Origin: an uncultured delta proteobacterium | GTDB lineage: Bacteria > Myxococcota_A > Polyangia > Fen-1088 | Direction of reading: 5' to 3' | DNA: 64,000 bases | Assembly (NCBI GenBank): GCA_963796685.1 | Contig: CAWCMR010000025.1 | Location: 608,001-672,000, forward strand | Part shown: positions 1-10,282 of the stretch, in pieces | Layout of the letters: every line of letters begins with the position of its first letter | How positions within the stretch are numbered: position 1 is the stretch's first letter | The notes under the pieces: model-generated | Databases searched by the model: none | What the model saw: only the letters and a program-made list of their open reading frames with translations | What the model was told of the DNA's origin: nothing | Made by a program: the position numbers and the translations under genes

Positions 1-2159
1 AGCTGCTCGCCTCGGTGTCGCGGTTCGAGGATTTTCCCATCGTGCTCGAGACCTGGCGCGACCTACTCGAGGACGAATTCGAGATTCCTACCCTGGCGGG
101 TCTGCTCGACGACATCGCGCAAAAACGCATCGCCCTGCACCTGACCCGGCCGGCCCACCCGACGCCCTTCACCGACGGCATCGTCTTTCGCCAGACCAAC
201 TACCACATGTACCTCGACGATGCGCCGACCTCGGGCGTGCGTTCGGGCCTGGCGGACGAGCTCTTTCGCGATCTGTTCCACGGCGCGAGCAGCTACCCCG
301 CCGTGCCTGCGCAACTCGCGGCCGCGTTCACGGGCAAGCTCCTGCGCACCCACCCCGGTTACCAGCCGACCACGCGCGAGGAGATCCTGCTCGCCGTGCG
401 CGAGATCCTCCTGACGCCCGCCGCAGCTGTCGACAGATGGCTGGCCGAGCTTCCACCCGACGAGCACGTCGCGGCGAACGAAGATCTTCTTTCCGCGCTC
501 CTTGCCTATACCCTTCCCGGGGCCAGAGAAGAGCTGGTGTCCGACCTTGGCGATGTACCGCGCATTCTCGCTTTGCGTGGCATCGGCGTCGACGACCTGC
601 GCACGCTGCGCCCGCTGCTCGGCGGAGCGGCTGCGCGGTCCGTGGAGCATCTACGGGCCCATCCCCATGGCACGGATTCCGAGTCCGGGGCCACGCTGGT
701 CGGCGAGTATCTGCGCACGCGCGCGGCGGTCTCTGCCGATGAGATTTCCGCCGCCCTGGGTTTCGACGGCGCGGACCTGCCTGCGCTCCTCGACGAGCTG
801 CTCGAGACCGAGAGCATCGTCGCCGGGCAGCTGCTCGAAGGGCGGACCGAGCGCTGCTTCTGCGACGCCGACAACGCCGAGCGCTTGCTCCGCCTGCATC
901 GAGCGGCTCGGCGCGCGTCCGCCGAACAGGCGCTCCGCCCGCGGCCCATGGAGGATCTGCCGCATTTCTTCAACGAATGGCAGGGGCTTGGCCGGCAAGG
1001 TGGCGACCTCGAAGCACTGCAAGGCGCGCTCGACCGCCTGTTCGGCTTTCCCCTGTCCGCCGGGCTGTGGGAAGAGGCCGTGCTGCCGAGCCGACTTACG
1101 CCGTACTACCCGTCGTGGCTCGACACCCTCTTTCAGTCCTACGGTCTCGCCTGGTTCGGCTGTGGCAAGGAGAGGGTCGCTCTTGCGTTGGCCAGCGACC
1201 AGGAGCTGTTCCTGGACAAGCCCGAATCCGATGCCGGGGGCGACGAGCAGGCCCAATCCGCGCTCGTGCGCCGCCTGGAAGAATCGGAGCGCGGGCTTGG
1301 CTTCTTCGATCTCGCGCCAGCCACGGGGCTCGGCACGGCCCGCGTGGCCGAGATGTTGTGGGATCTGGCATGGCACGGCCGCGTCGCCACCGACAGCTAC
1401 GAAACCATCCGGCGCGGTATCGCGAGCAACTTCGCGCCGGACGAGGTGAGCCCGGCCGGAGGCGGTGGCCGCGCAGGGTTTCGTCGCTGGGAGCGCTCGC
1501 GTCCGAGCGCCGGCACTTGGCGCCTGTTGCACGACGGGCGGGATCGGAGCCCGGTCGAAAACGCCGAGCTGGAAAAAGAACGCGCACGCCTGGTGCTCGC
1601 CCGCTACGGGGTGGTCTTTCGCGAGCGGCTCGAGCACGAATTGCCGCTCTTGCGCTGGGCCCGGCTCTTCCGTGCCCTGCGCCTGCTCGAGCTGTCGGGC
1701 GAGATCGTCTCGGGGCACTTCTTCGAAGGCGTTCCCGGCATTCAGTTCGCAACCCACGAGGCCCTTCGTCGCTTGCCCGAGCCGCTACCAGGCGAGCGCC
1801 TGTATTGCATGAACGCGTGCGATCCGGCCTCGGTGTGCGGCCTCGGCATGGGCGGATTCCCTGCCCAGCTCCCGCGCCGCATCGCGAGCAACTGGATGGT
1901 GTTTCAGGGCAGGCAACTCGTGCTGGTGTTGCAGAAGAACGGCAGGGAATTGTCGGTCCTGGTCGAGGCGCACCATGCTGCGCTCGTGCCTGCGCTCGAG
2001 ATGTACCGCTTCTTCCTTCGTCGGGAGACCTCTCCCCTGTCCTCGGTCACCGTGGAGACCGTCAATGGCGTGAATGCCGGCGCCTCGCCCTTCGCCGATG
2101 CGCTGCGGGCGGCGGGCTTTGCCAACGACTACCGCGGGATGATCCTGTGGAAACGCTGA
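1..2159 (+). CDS. lhr: Lhr-family ATP-dependent helicase, C-terminal part (5' end outside window)
   Basis: Open frame from the window edge. Lhr C-terminal motifs: 'WEEAVLPSR..Y.P.WLD', 'LWDLAWHGRVATDSY', 'LARYGVVFR', 'LE.SGEI..G.F.EG..G.QFA', 'A.DPA'. Confidence 0.85.
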   Translation, partial: LLASVSRFEDFPIVLETWRDLLEDEFEIPTLAGLLDDIAQKRIALHLTRPAHPTPFTDGIVFRQTNYHMYLDDAPTSGVRSGLADELFRDLFHGASSYPAVPAQLAAAFTGKLLRTHPGYQPTTREEILLAVREILLTPAAAVDRWLAELPPDEHVAANEDLLSALLAYTLPGAREELVSDLGDVPRILALRGIGVDDLRTLRPLLGGAAARSVEHLRAHPHGTDSESGATLVGEYLRTRAAVSADEISAALGFDGADLPALLDELLETESIVAGQLLEGRTERCFCDADNAERLLRLHRAARRASAEQALRPRPMEDLPHFFNEWQGLGRQGGDLEALQGALDRLFGFPLSAGLWEEAVLPSRLTPYYPSWLDTLFQSYGLAWFGCGKERVALALASDQELFLDKPESDAGGDEQAQSALVRRLEESERGLGFFDLAPATGLGTARVAEMLWDLAWHGRVATDSYETIRRGIASNFAPDEVSPAGGGGRAGFRRWERSRPSAGTWRLLHDGRDRSPVENAELEKERARLVLARYGVVFRERLEHELPLLRWARLFRALRLLELSGEIVSGHFFEGVPGIQFATHEALRRLPEPLPGERLYCMNACDPASVCGLGMGGFPAQLPRRIASNWMVFQGRQLVLVLQKNGRELSVLVEAHHAALVPALEMYRFFLRRETSPLSSVTVETVNGVNAGASPFADALRAAGFANDYRGMILWKR

Positions 2160-3175
2160 CCTCCCCGTCCGCGCGACAACGCGCGCTCCTGGCCTTCTAC
2201 GACAAGCACGCACGCGATCTGCCTTGGCGCCGAACACGCGATCCCTACGCCATCTGGGTTTCCGAGGTCATGCTCCAGCAGACCCAAGTCCAGACCGTGA
2301 TTCCACGTTTCGCCGGGTTTCTGCGACAGTTTCCGACCGTCGCGGCCCTGGCCGCCGCGGACGAGCGCACGGTGTGCGAGGCATGGGCCGGCCTTGGCTA
2401 CTACCGGCGCGCACGCAACCTGCACAAGGCCGCGCGCATGATGGTGGCCGAGTTGCACGGCGAGCTACCCGGCCGCGAATCGGCGCTGAGGCAACTGCCC
2501 GGCATCGGGGCGTACACGGCCGCCGCCATCGCCTCCATCGCCTTCGCCGAGAGGACCCCCGCGGTCGACGGCAATCTGGTGCGCGTGCTCGCGCGCGTGC
2601 ATGCCCTGCCCGGCCGGGCCGACGATCGCGCCCTGACGCTCGCGGTGCGGGAGCAGGCCCGGTCCCTCGTGGATTGCCGCCAGCCAGGAGAGATCAATCA
2701 AGCGCTCATGGACATCGGCGCGACCCTGTGCCGACCGGAAAATCCCGTTTGCCGAGAATGCCCGTTGCGCCGGGCCTGCCTGGCTTTCAACCAAGGAACG
2801 CCGACGGCATATCCAGGCGGCAAGTCGAAGGCCGCGCGCAAATCCCTACGCATCGCCTTCGCCTGGATAGAAGACAAGGGAGCCTTGCTGCTCGAACAGC
2901 GCCCCCTCGAAGGACTATGGGCCGGCCTGTGGGAACTGCCCAGCGCAAGCGGCGCGCGTGCCAAGCATTCGCTGGAACAGCGCCTGGAACAACCGTTGGG
3001 CGAGCCCTTGGCGCGAATTTTCCACGAGCTGACTCACCGCCATGTGACAGCCAACATTTATCGGGCAAGCGCGAAACCGCGACCGGGACAGCGCTGGTGG
3101 AAGGAGCCGCTGGGCGCGCCGTTGTCGTCGCTGGCGCGCAAGGCGATCATGGCCGTCGAACAGCGACGGTCGTGA
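2147..3175 (+). CDS. mutY: A/G-specific adenine DNA glycosylase MutY
   Basis: GTG start overlaps the lhr stop. Motifs 'RDLPWR..DPY.IWVSEVMLQQT', 'LPGIG.YTA', 'VDGN..RVL.R', the 4Fe-4S loop 'C.PENP.C..CPL...C' and the NUDIX-like 'GLWELP'. Confidence 0.95.
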   Translation: METLTSPSARQRALLAFYDKHARDLPWRRTRDPYAIWVSEVMLQQTQVQTVIPRFAGFLRQFPTVAALAAADERTVCEAWAGLGYYRRARNLHKAARMMVAELHGELPGRESALRQLPGIGAYTAAAIASIAFAERTPAVDGNLVRVLARVHALPGRADDRALTLAVREQARSLVDCRQPGEINQALMDIGATLCRPENPVCRECPLRRACLAFNQGTPTAYPGGKSKAARKSLRIAFAWIEDKGALLLEQRPLEGLWAGLWELPSASGARAKHSLEQRLEQPLGEPLARIFHELTHRHVTANIYRASAKPRPGQRWWKEPLGAPLSSLARKAIMAVEQRRS

Positions 3176-3739
3176 ACGGACGGGCCACTCGAGATACGCC
3201 GCGAGACCGGTCGGCCATTCGCTATTCCACCACCGCCCGAGGCCGCTCCCGGCCCATCCGCAGCTGAACCTTGCAGGCACCGAGAAGCAGGCCCTCTCTG
3301 CGGGCTCAGGGGGCTTGAGCCCCCTTCACGCAAGTAAGGGTGCTTTCAGGCACCTTCCCTCAGGAGTCAGGAAAGACCTCCAGCGGCATAGACTGAAGGT
3401 GGTAATGTTCTAGGAACTGGTCATAACCAGGGCCAAACGAGATACTACATGCCGGATATGTGGTTCAGATATCAATTCACCATGCACCGAACCCGCCGTG
3501 GGCTGCAGCGACATGAGCAGTGGCATAGTAACCTGTGCGTGCTTCGGGATTGCCTCGGACGCCTCGATTGGGACCTGGCAGTGCAGCTCTGTAATCTAAT
3601 CGACTGATCGCGTGCTGCAGGGTGAAGGACAGATATCTGTTCCGTATCCCATAATACACCGTGGCGAAATGTATTCTCTACACTGTTTGGGCGAAGGCTC
3701 TGCTCGGTGCGCTCTTTGCCAACCCGGAGCAGTCCGATT

Positions 3740-4738
3740 CTACACGAACGACCATTCCCTTGCGGTCGGGGCCGTTCGCGCCAACGGCATCGGACACGGT
3801 GTCGCCGTTTCTTCCACCGCAAAGGCCCAGGGGTGCTCTCGGGCCTTCACCGCCTCCTCCAACGCCTGGGCGAATGCGAGCACGCTGTCGAAACGACCTT
3901 CCTTCTTCTTGCAGAGCGCCCGCAGGAGCACGCTTTCGAGTCTCGGAGCGAGTCCGCGCGCCAAGCAAAGGGCCGCGGGCGCTTCGTAGACGACCTGAAA
4001 GAGGAGGGATTGGATAGAATTTGCGGCGAATGCCGTGCGTCCCGACAACGCTTCCCATGCGATGCAGGCCAATGCCCACTGGTCGGTACGTTCGTCGACG
4101 GTGTCGACTTGGCCAAGCGCCTGTTCGGGAGACATATAGTGGGGTGTTCCCATGATGGGCTCGGGCTGCGCGGCAAGCTCACTTGCCCTGCAGGCCTTGT
4201 TGACCCCGAAGTCGATCACCTTCACGTAATCCACTTTGCAGGCAGCGTCGCACAGGAAGATGTTCGCAGGCTTGAGGTCCCGGTGGACGACGCCCTTGGC
4301 ATGAATTGCGGCGAGCGCCGCAGCCGTTTGCTTGATCACGCGTAGCGCAGTCCTCGACGAGAGTCTCCCCGCGCGGCGAAGGCGGCTGTCGAGATCTTCT
4401 CCCTCGAGGAATTCCATCACCAGGTAGGGCTGGCCGGTGTGCATGACGCCGAAGTCGAAGGCATGGACTATGTGCGGATGATCCAGTTGGATCGTGACCT
4501 CTGCCTCGCGGCGGAACAACGCGACAGCCTCCTTATCCGTTGCGAGAGCATGATGCATCGCCTTGAGAGCGACGCGTTTGTTGCAATGAAGCTCCGCGGC
4601 CTCGTAGACGTTGCCCATTCCGCCCTGCCCGAGAAGGCGGTCGATGCGGTAGGCACCGTTGATGGTTTGGCCGAGAAGAGGATCCGCAGGGTCGGCGCGC
4701 GGGACATCCCGCGCCGGAGTGGGCGTCTCCGCGCGCAT
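3740..4738 (-). CDS. Hanks-type Ser/Thr protein kinase, cytoplasmic
   Basis: GQGGMG, VALK, HRDLKPAN, DFG, GTPHYMSPE. Start chosen at ATG 4738; the ORF is open to 4882. Confidence 0.9.
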   Translation of the reverse strand: MRAETPTPARDVPRADPADPLLGQTINGAYRIDRLLGQGGMGNVYEAAELHCNKRVALKAMHHALATDKEAVALFRREAEVTIQLDHPHIVHAFDFGVMHTGQPYLVMEFLEGEDLDSRLRRAGRLSSRTALRVIKQTAAALAAIHAKGVVHRDLKPANIFLCDAACKVDYVKVIDFGVNKACRASELAAQPEPIMGTPHYMSPEQALGQVDTVDERTDQWALACIAWEALSGRTAFAANSIQSLLFQVVYEAPAALCLARGLAPRLESVLLRALCKKKEGRFDSVLAFAQALEEAVKAREHPWAFAVEETATPCPMPLARTAPTAREWSFV

Positions 4739-4959
4739 GGAGCGCGGACGCAGGTACCGATCCAGCTTCTCGCGTTTGTGTGATCCTGATGTGGGCGGAA
4801 GACGCAGACACCGCCCGAAGCGGGATCGAGCCCCGCCCCTCTGACCCCGATAGGCCGTTAGGCCCACCGGGGTCCCCCCCATCCATCAGCCGGAGGCGGC
4901 GGCTGACCGTTCGCCCATCGGCCGTACAGGCTAGTCTGTTCATAGGCAGCGCAGGCCTA

Positions 4960-4975
4960 TGCAAGGCGAGTGCCC
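4960..4975 (-). promoter_or_regulatory. sigma54 (-24/-12) promoter candidate for the kinase gene
   Basis: Minus strand reads GGGCACTCGCCTTGCA, matching GGCAC-N5-TTGCA with exact GG-N10-GC spacing. Confidence 0.6.
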
Positions 4976-5031
4976 CGCACGTGGCCCCGGATATCCGCCA
5001 AGTGCGTGCTGGCCTTATCCACGGCCAGGTG

Positions 5032-5051
5032 GGAATGCGATCACATTCGCG
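5032..5051. promoter_or_regulatory. Palindromic operator/enhancer-like site, copy 1
   Basis: GGAATGCGATCACATTCGCG. The core GAATG-C-GATC-A-CATTC is an inverted repeat, and the site is 19/20 identical to 11746-11765. Confidence 0.55.
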
Positions 5052-5189
5052 AAAGCACTTTCGGAAATGGATGTTGGCGTCATGCGCGACGGACGCGTGA
5101 TAACGAAATCGATGCAGCGCCGTGACTCGCTCTTGACCGCGAGCGCGGACGCGGTATGGATAGCGTCACAGCATCTCCGGGAGCGTCAC

Positions 5190-5840
5190 ATGAAGCAGAA
5201 GATTGGAATCATCGGAACTGGAGACGTCGGAAAGGCGCTGGCCCGAGGGTTTCTTCGGCGTGGCCACCCAGTGATGGTCGGATCGCGCAGTGCCGAAAAG
5301 CTCGCGGCGCTACGGAGCAGCATCGGCCAGCAGCTGGCAACCGGAACCCTCAAGGAAGCGGCCGGCTTCGCAGAAGTCGTCGTCTTGGCGGTCAAGGGGA
5401 CCGGTGCCAAGGACGCGATCGCCAGCATCTCGGGCCCTGAGCTTGCGGGAAAGGTGATCATCGATACCACCAACCCCATCGCCGATGCACCGCCCGTCAA
5501 TGGGGTGCTCCAGTTCTTCACCGGGCACAACGAATCGCTGCTGGAACAGCTCCAGCAAGCTGCCCCGAGCGCCCGCTTCGTCAAGGCGTGGAGCTCCGTG
5601 GGCAGCGCGCACATGGACGACCCGCACTTCGCGGCGGGCAGGCCCACTATGTTCATCTGCGGCAATGACCAAGACGCCAAGGTCCTGGTCACCGAGATCC
5701 TGAAGGACTTCGGCTGGGACGCCGAGGACATGGGGGCGGCGGAAAGCGCGCGCGCCATCGAACCGCTGTGTCAGCTCTGGTGCATTCCCGGGCTGCGCTC
5801 GAATCAGTGGAACCACGCGTTCAAGCTCCTCAAGGCCTGA
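5190..5840 (+). CDS. NADPH-dependent F420 reductase-like / dinucleotide-binding oxidoreductase
   Basis: Rossmann 'IGIIGTGDVG', 'GSR', 'GKVIIDTTNP', 'VKAW', 'ARAIEP'. Confidence 0.85.
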   Translation: MKQKIGIIGTGDVGKALARGFLRRGHPVMVGSRSAEKLAALRSSIGQQLATGTLKEAAGFAEVVVLAVKGTGAKDAIASISGPELAGKVIIDTTNPIADAPPVNGVLQFFTGHNESLLEQLQQAAPSARFVKAWSSVGSAHMDDPHFAAGRPTMFICGNDQDAKVLVTEILKDFGWDAEDMGAAESARAIEPLCQLWCIPGLRSNQWNHAFKLLKA

Positions 5841-5879
5841 GCCGGCCTTCGCCAGCGCTCGCCCGCCGAAGATCGGCTC
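5839..5879. terminator. Possible bidirectional hairpin between convergent genes
   Basis: Imperfect inverted repeat GAGCCG..CTTCG...CGAAG..CGGCTC spanning the gap between two stop codons. No U-tract. Confidence 0.3.
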
Positions 5880-7632
5880 AACGAACGAAGCGCTCGAAGT
5901 AGCGCGCGAGCTGTTTGACGGCGGTCCCCCGGTCGGCCTGCAGTCGCGCCGCGGTCTGCGAAGCGAAGGACGACATCGCCTCCTCGTCCATCGGCTCCGA
6001 ATCGCCGCCCGAATTGCCGAGATGGAAGAAGAGCAGCGGCTTGAGGTACTTCTCGTTCCACTCCTTCTGGTCGTCCCAGCTCCTTGGCTCGTGACCGTGG
6101 TCTTCGAAGAAGGCCTCGACAGCCTTGACGGCGAGATCGGCCCACTGGGGGCGCGCCGAGTCGTCGCTGTCCACGGTCGTCGGCGCGGGCGGTGCCCGCA
6201 AGGCGCCTGCCTGCAGAGCCTGCTTGCAGCTCTCCGGATCGATCGACCCGTGGGTCGCGTCGCGCGGGAGCCGCAGCCCGAAGTTCATCAGCTCGCGGAA
6301 ATTCCCCTCCCAGGCGTGATTCTGAAGCACCTTGAGCGCGTCCGCGGTGAGCGCGTCGCGCGCAGAGGTACCTGGGTTGAGGCGCGTGTTCTCCAAGCAG
6401 GCGAGCACGTCTTCCCAGCGCGAGCGCAGCGAGGGCACCTCGACGACGTAGACCGACAGTCGGTACCACAGATCGACCCGAAAATTCCCTGCCCGCGTGG
6501 CCGCACGCAGATCGCGGTTGGTCGCGGCCACGACGCGGACATCGGCGCTGCGGGCGCGACCCGATTCGCCGACGCGCTCGTACTCTCGGCGGTCGAGAAA
6601 GCGCAGGACCATGGCCTGCACGTCAATCGGCAGCTCTCCGATCTCGTCGAGGAACAGCGTGCCTCCCTGCGCCCGCTCGACGGCCCCGACGATCCGCCGC
6701 GTGGCGCCCGTGAACGATCCCGGTTCGGCCCCGAACAGCTCCGAGCGAAGCAGCTCCTTGCTGAAGGTGGAGCAGTTCGTGGTGACCAAGGGGCCGCTTC
6801 GACCCGACTCCCGATGGAAGACCTCGGCCAGCACCTCTTTTCCGGCCCCCGATGGCCCCATCAAAAGCAGCGTCTTCGCATCCCTTTGCGCGGCTTCGAC
6901 GACGTCGCGATGGGCTTTCCGAATTGCGCGCGAGGCCAGGATCATGCCTTCGTTGCGCGTATTCTCCTCCGACTCGAAAAGCGAATTCTGGCGACCGACC
7001 CAGCGCCAGACGTGCTCCAGTGTCCCCGCCCAGGTCGCGTCGGCGGTCGCGAGAGCGACGACGTCGAGCACCGCGCCGTTGGCGAGAGGGATCTGGCTCG
7101 GAGAGTGGTTCGTCGCGGGGTCGTCGTCTCGAACCATCACGCGCGCGTCCACCTCGCGGACGGAGAGCCAGTCCTCGATCGATCGCGCGATGGCCGGGGC
7201 GAAGTCGTGACGATCGTGCCAGACCGGCGGCTCAGGGTCATCCGCGCGCAGGAGGTTGGCCTTGGCCTTCCCGAGCTGCAGCACGACATCCGAATCGCCG
7301 ACGTCGATGGGACGGTCCTTGGGAAGCAAGAGCCACGTGCCATTCCGGCTTCCAAGATCCCGGACCTGGGATTGCCCGTCATGGTTCGATACGAGGACAT
7401 GGTTGGCGGACACGCTCGGGGACAGGATGCGCACCGGATCGATGGGCGGCGACTGGTCGCCGCCCGGGATCCCCGGCGCGTGCGCATCAGGGTTCCGCCC
7501 CAAAAGAAAGGCCCGCGCCGGCTCGAGCTCGGCCGCGTACGCCGCATGTCCTTCGGGTGCAAGAACGGTCAATCGCGTCACGAACGGTGCCTCCTTGGCG
7601 GCATCGTAGACCACCTCGCACGGATTCGGCAA
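5878..7632 (-). CDS. FHA-domain sigma54-dependent enhancer-binding protein
   Basis: FHA motifs 'LGR', 'VSANH', 'DLGSRNGT'. AAA+ Walker A GPSGAGKE, 'ELFG.E.GSFTGA', 'GTLFLDEIG', 'W.GN.REL'. Divergent Fis-like HTH '[13 protein letters not shown]'. Confidence 0.9.
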   Translation of the reverse strand: MPNPCEVVYDAAKEAPFVTRLTVLAPEGHAAYAAELEPARAFLLGRNPDAHAPGIPGGDQSPPIDPVRILSPSVSANHVLVSNHDGQSQVRDLGSRNGTWLLLPKDRPIDVGDSDVVLQLGKAKANLLRADDPEPPVWHDRHDFAPAIARSIEDWLSVREVDARVMVRDDDPATNHSPSQIPLANGAVLDVVALATADATWAGTLEHVWRWVGRQNSLFESEENTRNEGMILASRAIRKAHRDVVEAAQRDAKTLLLMGPSGAGKEVLAEVFHRESGRSGPLVTTNCSTFSKELLRSELFGAEPGSFTGATRRIVGAVERAQGGTLFLDEIGELPIDVQAMVLRFLDRREYERVGESGRARSADVRVVAATNRDLRAATRAGNFRVDLWYRLSVYVVEVPSLRSRWEDVLACLENTRLNPGTSARDALTADALKVLQNHAWEGNFRELMNFGLRLPRDATHGSIDPESCKQALQAGALRAPPAPTTVDSDDSARPQWADLAVKAVEAFFEDHGHEPRSWDDQKEWNEKYLKPLLFFHLGNSGGDSEPMDEEAMSSFASQTAARLQADRGTAVKQLARYFERFVR

Positions 7633-7668
7633 TCTGTCTGCCTTCGGCTACCACGACCGTCGGCGCGA

Positions 7669-9036
7669 CTACTCCGGCCCGTTCTCCCCACCCCGTTTGC
7701 GCCCACCCCGTTTGCGGATGTAGGCTTCGCGCAGCACCGCGGCTCGCAGCTGTGCCTTCCCCTCTCGAAAACCGCAGCTCACGGCGAATCCCTCCATGTC
7801 CGGAGGCATCGCGCACCCTCGGCAGGCTTCGAAGTACCATTGCCAAAGCTCGGCCTCGGACATTCCGACATCGGCAAGGGAGGGCGTGACAAGACCGGCA
7901 TCGCGCAACTTTTGGGCCTTGTGCTCCACCTTTTGCAGCCAGCGGCCGTACTGCCCGGTTCCGCGCAGATAGTCCACCAGGTGGTTGCGGGCAATGCCTT
8001 CTTTGATGGGCCAGGCCCAGCTCAGCCTGGCTTCCGTCTCGAAGAAGTGTCGGTACTCGTCGTCCTCCAGCTGCTGGGCCGTACACCAGCGCTCGAAATC
8101 GTCGCGACTGCGCAGACCGCGGCGGAACCGGAACTCGGAACGAGCGCGTTGCACGACGGCGGCGTCGGGATGGGCTCCCGCCCGCATCGCCAATTCGAGC
8201 GCCAACCCGCGCGCAGCTGCGCCGTCGACCGCGCCTTCGTAGGCTCCGGCCAGCTTGAGCTCTTCTTCGAGCAGGGCATCCCCCGAGAGCGTTGGACCGA
8301 GGTCGGAGCCCTCCTCTGCCAGGACCATCCGCGTGGCCTCGTGCCACGAATCGGTGGGTTCGAAGCGGAAGGTGACCTGCTTGCGTGGCGGATCGCCGGC
8401 TGCCCATTCCCGTAGATAGGTGAGCAGTGCGATCGCGTCGTCTCGCTTCTGGTCCACCTTGCCGAGGGCAAGCCAGTCGCCGAGAGCTTCAACCTCGACT
8501 CCTCTCGCTGCCGCTTGCTTCAACAAGCCTGCGAAGCTGCGCCCCGCGTAGAACTGCCGCTTGGCCACCTCGAGCAAGGCGGCCTCGGTGGCTTGCGCGA
8601 TCACCTTCGCGCGCACGGCCGCGCGCAGCGACGCGCGGATGTTGACCAGGGCGTCCGAAAGTACCCGAAACTCGCCCTCCGCCGGAGCGTGCGCGACCGC
8701 AACCTCGTCGTCGTCCTCGAGCGTGCCGTCGCGGAACGCTTCGTAGACGGCACCAACGCCAACCATGCCGAAGGCATCGAGCTCTGCGGCGCGAAGCGCG
8801 CCCATGCTGCTCGCCCCGAACACATGGACGCCCTCGCTCATCGCCCAAAGAATCTCCTTGTGCCAAACCGCCGGCACCCGCTCGAAGTACCCGTCGATGA
8901 TGGCGATCGCCTCTCGCCCTTGCATGACGGCGCGGTACACGTCCCCAAACTTGGCCGGTCCAGACACGTCGGCGTCGACGATTTCGCGAACCGCCCGAGC
9001 TGCGAGCGTCGGCCCGACGAAGACGAGGAATCTCAC
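7669..9036 (-). CDS. tfuA: TfuA-like protein with long C-terminal extension
   Basis: GTG start overlaps the ycaO stop (GTGA). Motifs 'VF.GPTL', 'GP...GD', 'IIDG.F...PAVWHKEIL', 'GASSMGALRAAEL', 'DDDEVAV.H', 'DQKR.DA'. Confidence 0.93.
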   Translation of the reverse strand: MRFLVFVGPTLAARAVREIVDADVSGPAKFGDVYRAVMQGREAIAIIDGYFERVPAVWHKEILWAMSEGVHVFGASSMGALRAAELDAFGMVGVGAVYEAFRDGTLEDDDEVAVAHAPAEGEFRVLSDALVNIRASLRAAVRAKVIAQATEAALLEVAKRQFYAGRSFAGLLKQAAARGVEVEALGDWLALGKVDQKRDDAIALLTYLREWAAGDPPRKQVTFRFEPTDSWHEATRMVLAEEGSDLGPTLSGDALLEEELKLAGAYEGAVDGAAARGLALELAMRAGAHPDAAVVQRARSEFRFRRGLRSRDDFERWCTAQQLEDDEYRHFFETEARLSWAWPIKEGIARNHLVDYLRGTGQYGRWLQKVEHKAQKLRDAGLVTPSLADVGMSEAELWQWYFEACRGCAMPPDMEGFAVSCGFREGKAQLRAAVLREAYIRKRGGRKRGGENGPE

Positions 9037-10259
9037 GACAAACGCCCGAGCAGGCGCTTGCCCGGTGTAAACCCGCTCGACCCTGCGATGCCTTCGAGGC
9101 CGGGGATCACGACCCGCACCACCGGGATGTGCAGCTCCGGCAGGGTCAGGTCGACAACCGCGATCTCCGCGATGCCGCTCGAACGCAGGCACTCGAGCTC
9201 CCACGCCACGTCCTCGTGAAAGGTCGCCGCGCTGTAGCTCGGGCCGTCGCCGAAGTTCCGGCCTGCCCCGGCCGCGGTGATCATCTCGGCGGCTTCCGCG
9301 GCGATGGTCGGATCGTGTCCGCGTCGATAGGTGGCGATGCTGAGATCGTCCCGGCTGCCCGCGATGACGGTCAAGCGTGTCTGTGCCGCTTCCGTCAGGG
9401 CTCGCAAGAGCGCGATGCCGCGAGCAGGATGGCATCCCGAGCCGGTCGCCGATGCAAGGGGACGCAATTGGCCGTTCGCGGGATCGTCCGCGATCATGCA
9501 AACGAACACCGGGATGCCGGTGTCGGTGGTGACGTCCCACACGCCGACTCGAATTCCCGCGTCCGTGAACTTCTGCAAGACGGACAGGCACGCGACGTCG
9601 TCAATCGTCCGCACATCCACCTTGCGGGTTTGTTGCTGAGCCCTCGGGCTGTATTCCCACAAGGTGACCGCGTCGCGTTCGGCCAGCTCGCAGATGGCAT
9701 GGCTCGTCGCCTCGAGGGGATGGTTTCCCGACGCCACGCCGCTGTCGTTCATCTGAAACGCGCCACTGGCAGTGGGCAGGGGCAGCGTGTACGCCGTGTG
9801 TACGAGCTCGAATGGTATCCAGATGGACGTGCGACCGAGGATTTCATGGCCCTGCACCCAGAGGAACGGCAAACGCGGATCCAGCATGCTGCCGGCGAGC
9901 CGCGGCAGCGCCGTCAAGTCGAGGGTCCGACCGCGCCCGCGCATCTCCTCCCACGAGGCCAGCATGAGGGGCAGGCGCACGCGCTCGGCGTGGTAGTTCT
10001 CGAGCGATTCCATGATCCCCGACACCTTCGCCGCGACCAGATCGAGCCCTTTGCCCTGTGCGACGGCAATCGAGCGCGAATTGGGCCGCACGACCGCCAC
10101 CACCGGGACGCCGATCACGTCGAGCCCGGTCACGTTCGCCACCCTGGTGATGCCGACCCGGTGCAAAAGCGGCTCAATCCGCCGGAGCGTCTCCTCGGGC
10201 GCGACGGCCCGGTGCGTGCCGAGCGTGTGCTGCTTGAATGTCTCGCTGGGCAACGGCAT
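9033..10259 (-). CDS. ycaO: YcaO-family protein, TfuA-associated (thioamide-forming) type
   Basis: 'GITRVANVTGLD.IG.PV....RP', 'QGKG', 'ES.E', 'G.ASGN...EA..HA.CE..ERD', 'RALTEAAQTR', 'PVVRVVIPGLEG'. No C-terminal PxPxP. Translationally coupled to tfuA. Confidence 0.95.
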   Translation of the reverse strand: MPLPSETFKQHTLGTHRAVAPEETLRRIEPLLHRVGITRVANVTGLDVIGVPVVAVVRPNSRSIAVAQGKGLDLVAAKVSGIMESLENYHAERVRLPLMLASWEEMRGRGRTLDLTALPRLAGSMLDPRLPFLWVQGHEILGRTSIWIPFELVHTAYTLPLPTASGAFQMNDSGVASGNHPLEATSHAICELAERDAVTLWEYSPRAQQQTRKVDVRTIDDVACLSVLQKFTDAGIRVGVWDVTTDTGIPVFVCMIADDPANGQLRPLASATGSGCHPARGIALLRALTEAAQTRLTVIAGSRDDLSIATYRRGHDPTIAAEAAEMITAAGAGRNFGDGPSYSAATFHEDVAWELECLRSSGIAEIAVVDLTLPELHIPVVRVVIPGLEGIAGSSGFTPGKRLLGRLS

Positions 10260-10282
10260 GACCAGTTCCGCGGGTCAGGGAA

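Noticed and set aside
3270-3385. Possible glycine or c-di-GMP riboswitch (CACCGAGAAGCA, TTTCAGG)
   Set aside because: Only fragments match, the aptamer architecture cannot be built, and it lies downstream of convergent genes.
6022-8415. Long antisense or alternate-frame ORFs (e.g. 6022-8415, 26463-28838, 37441-39975, 56299-58443)
   Set aside because: These are shadow ORFs typical of high-GC DNA. They overlap well-supported genes and carry no motifs.
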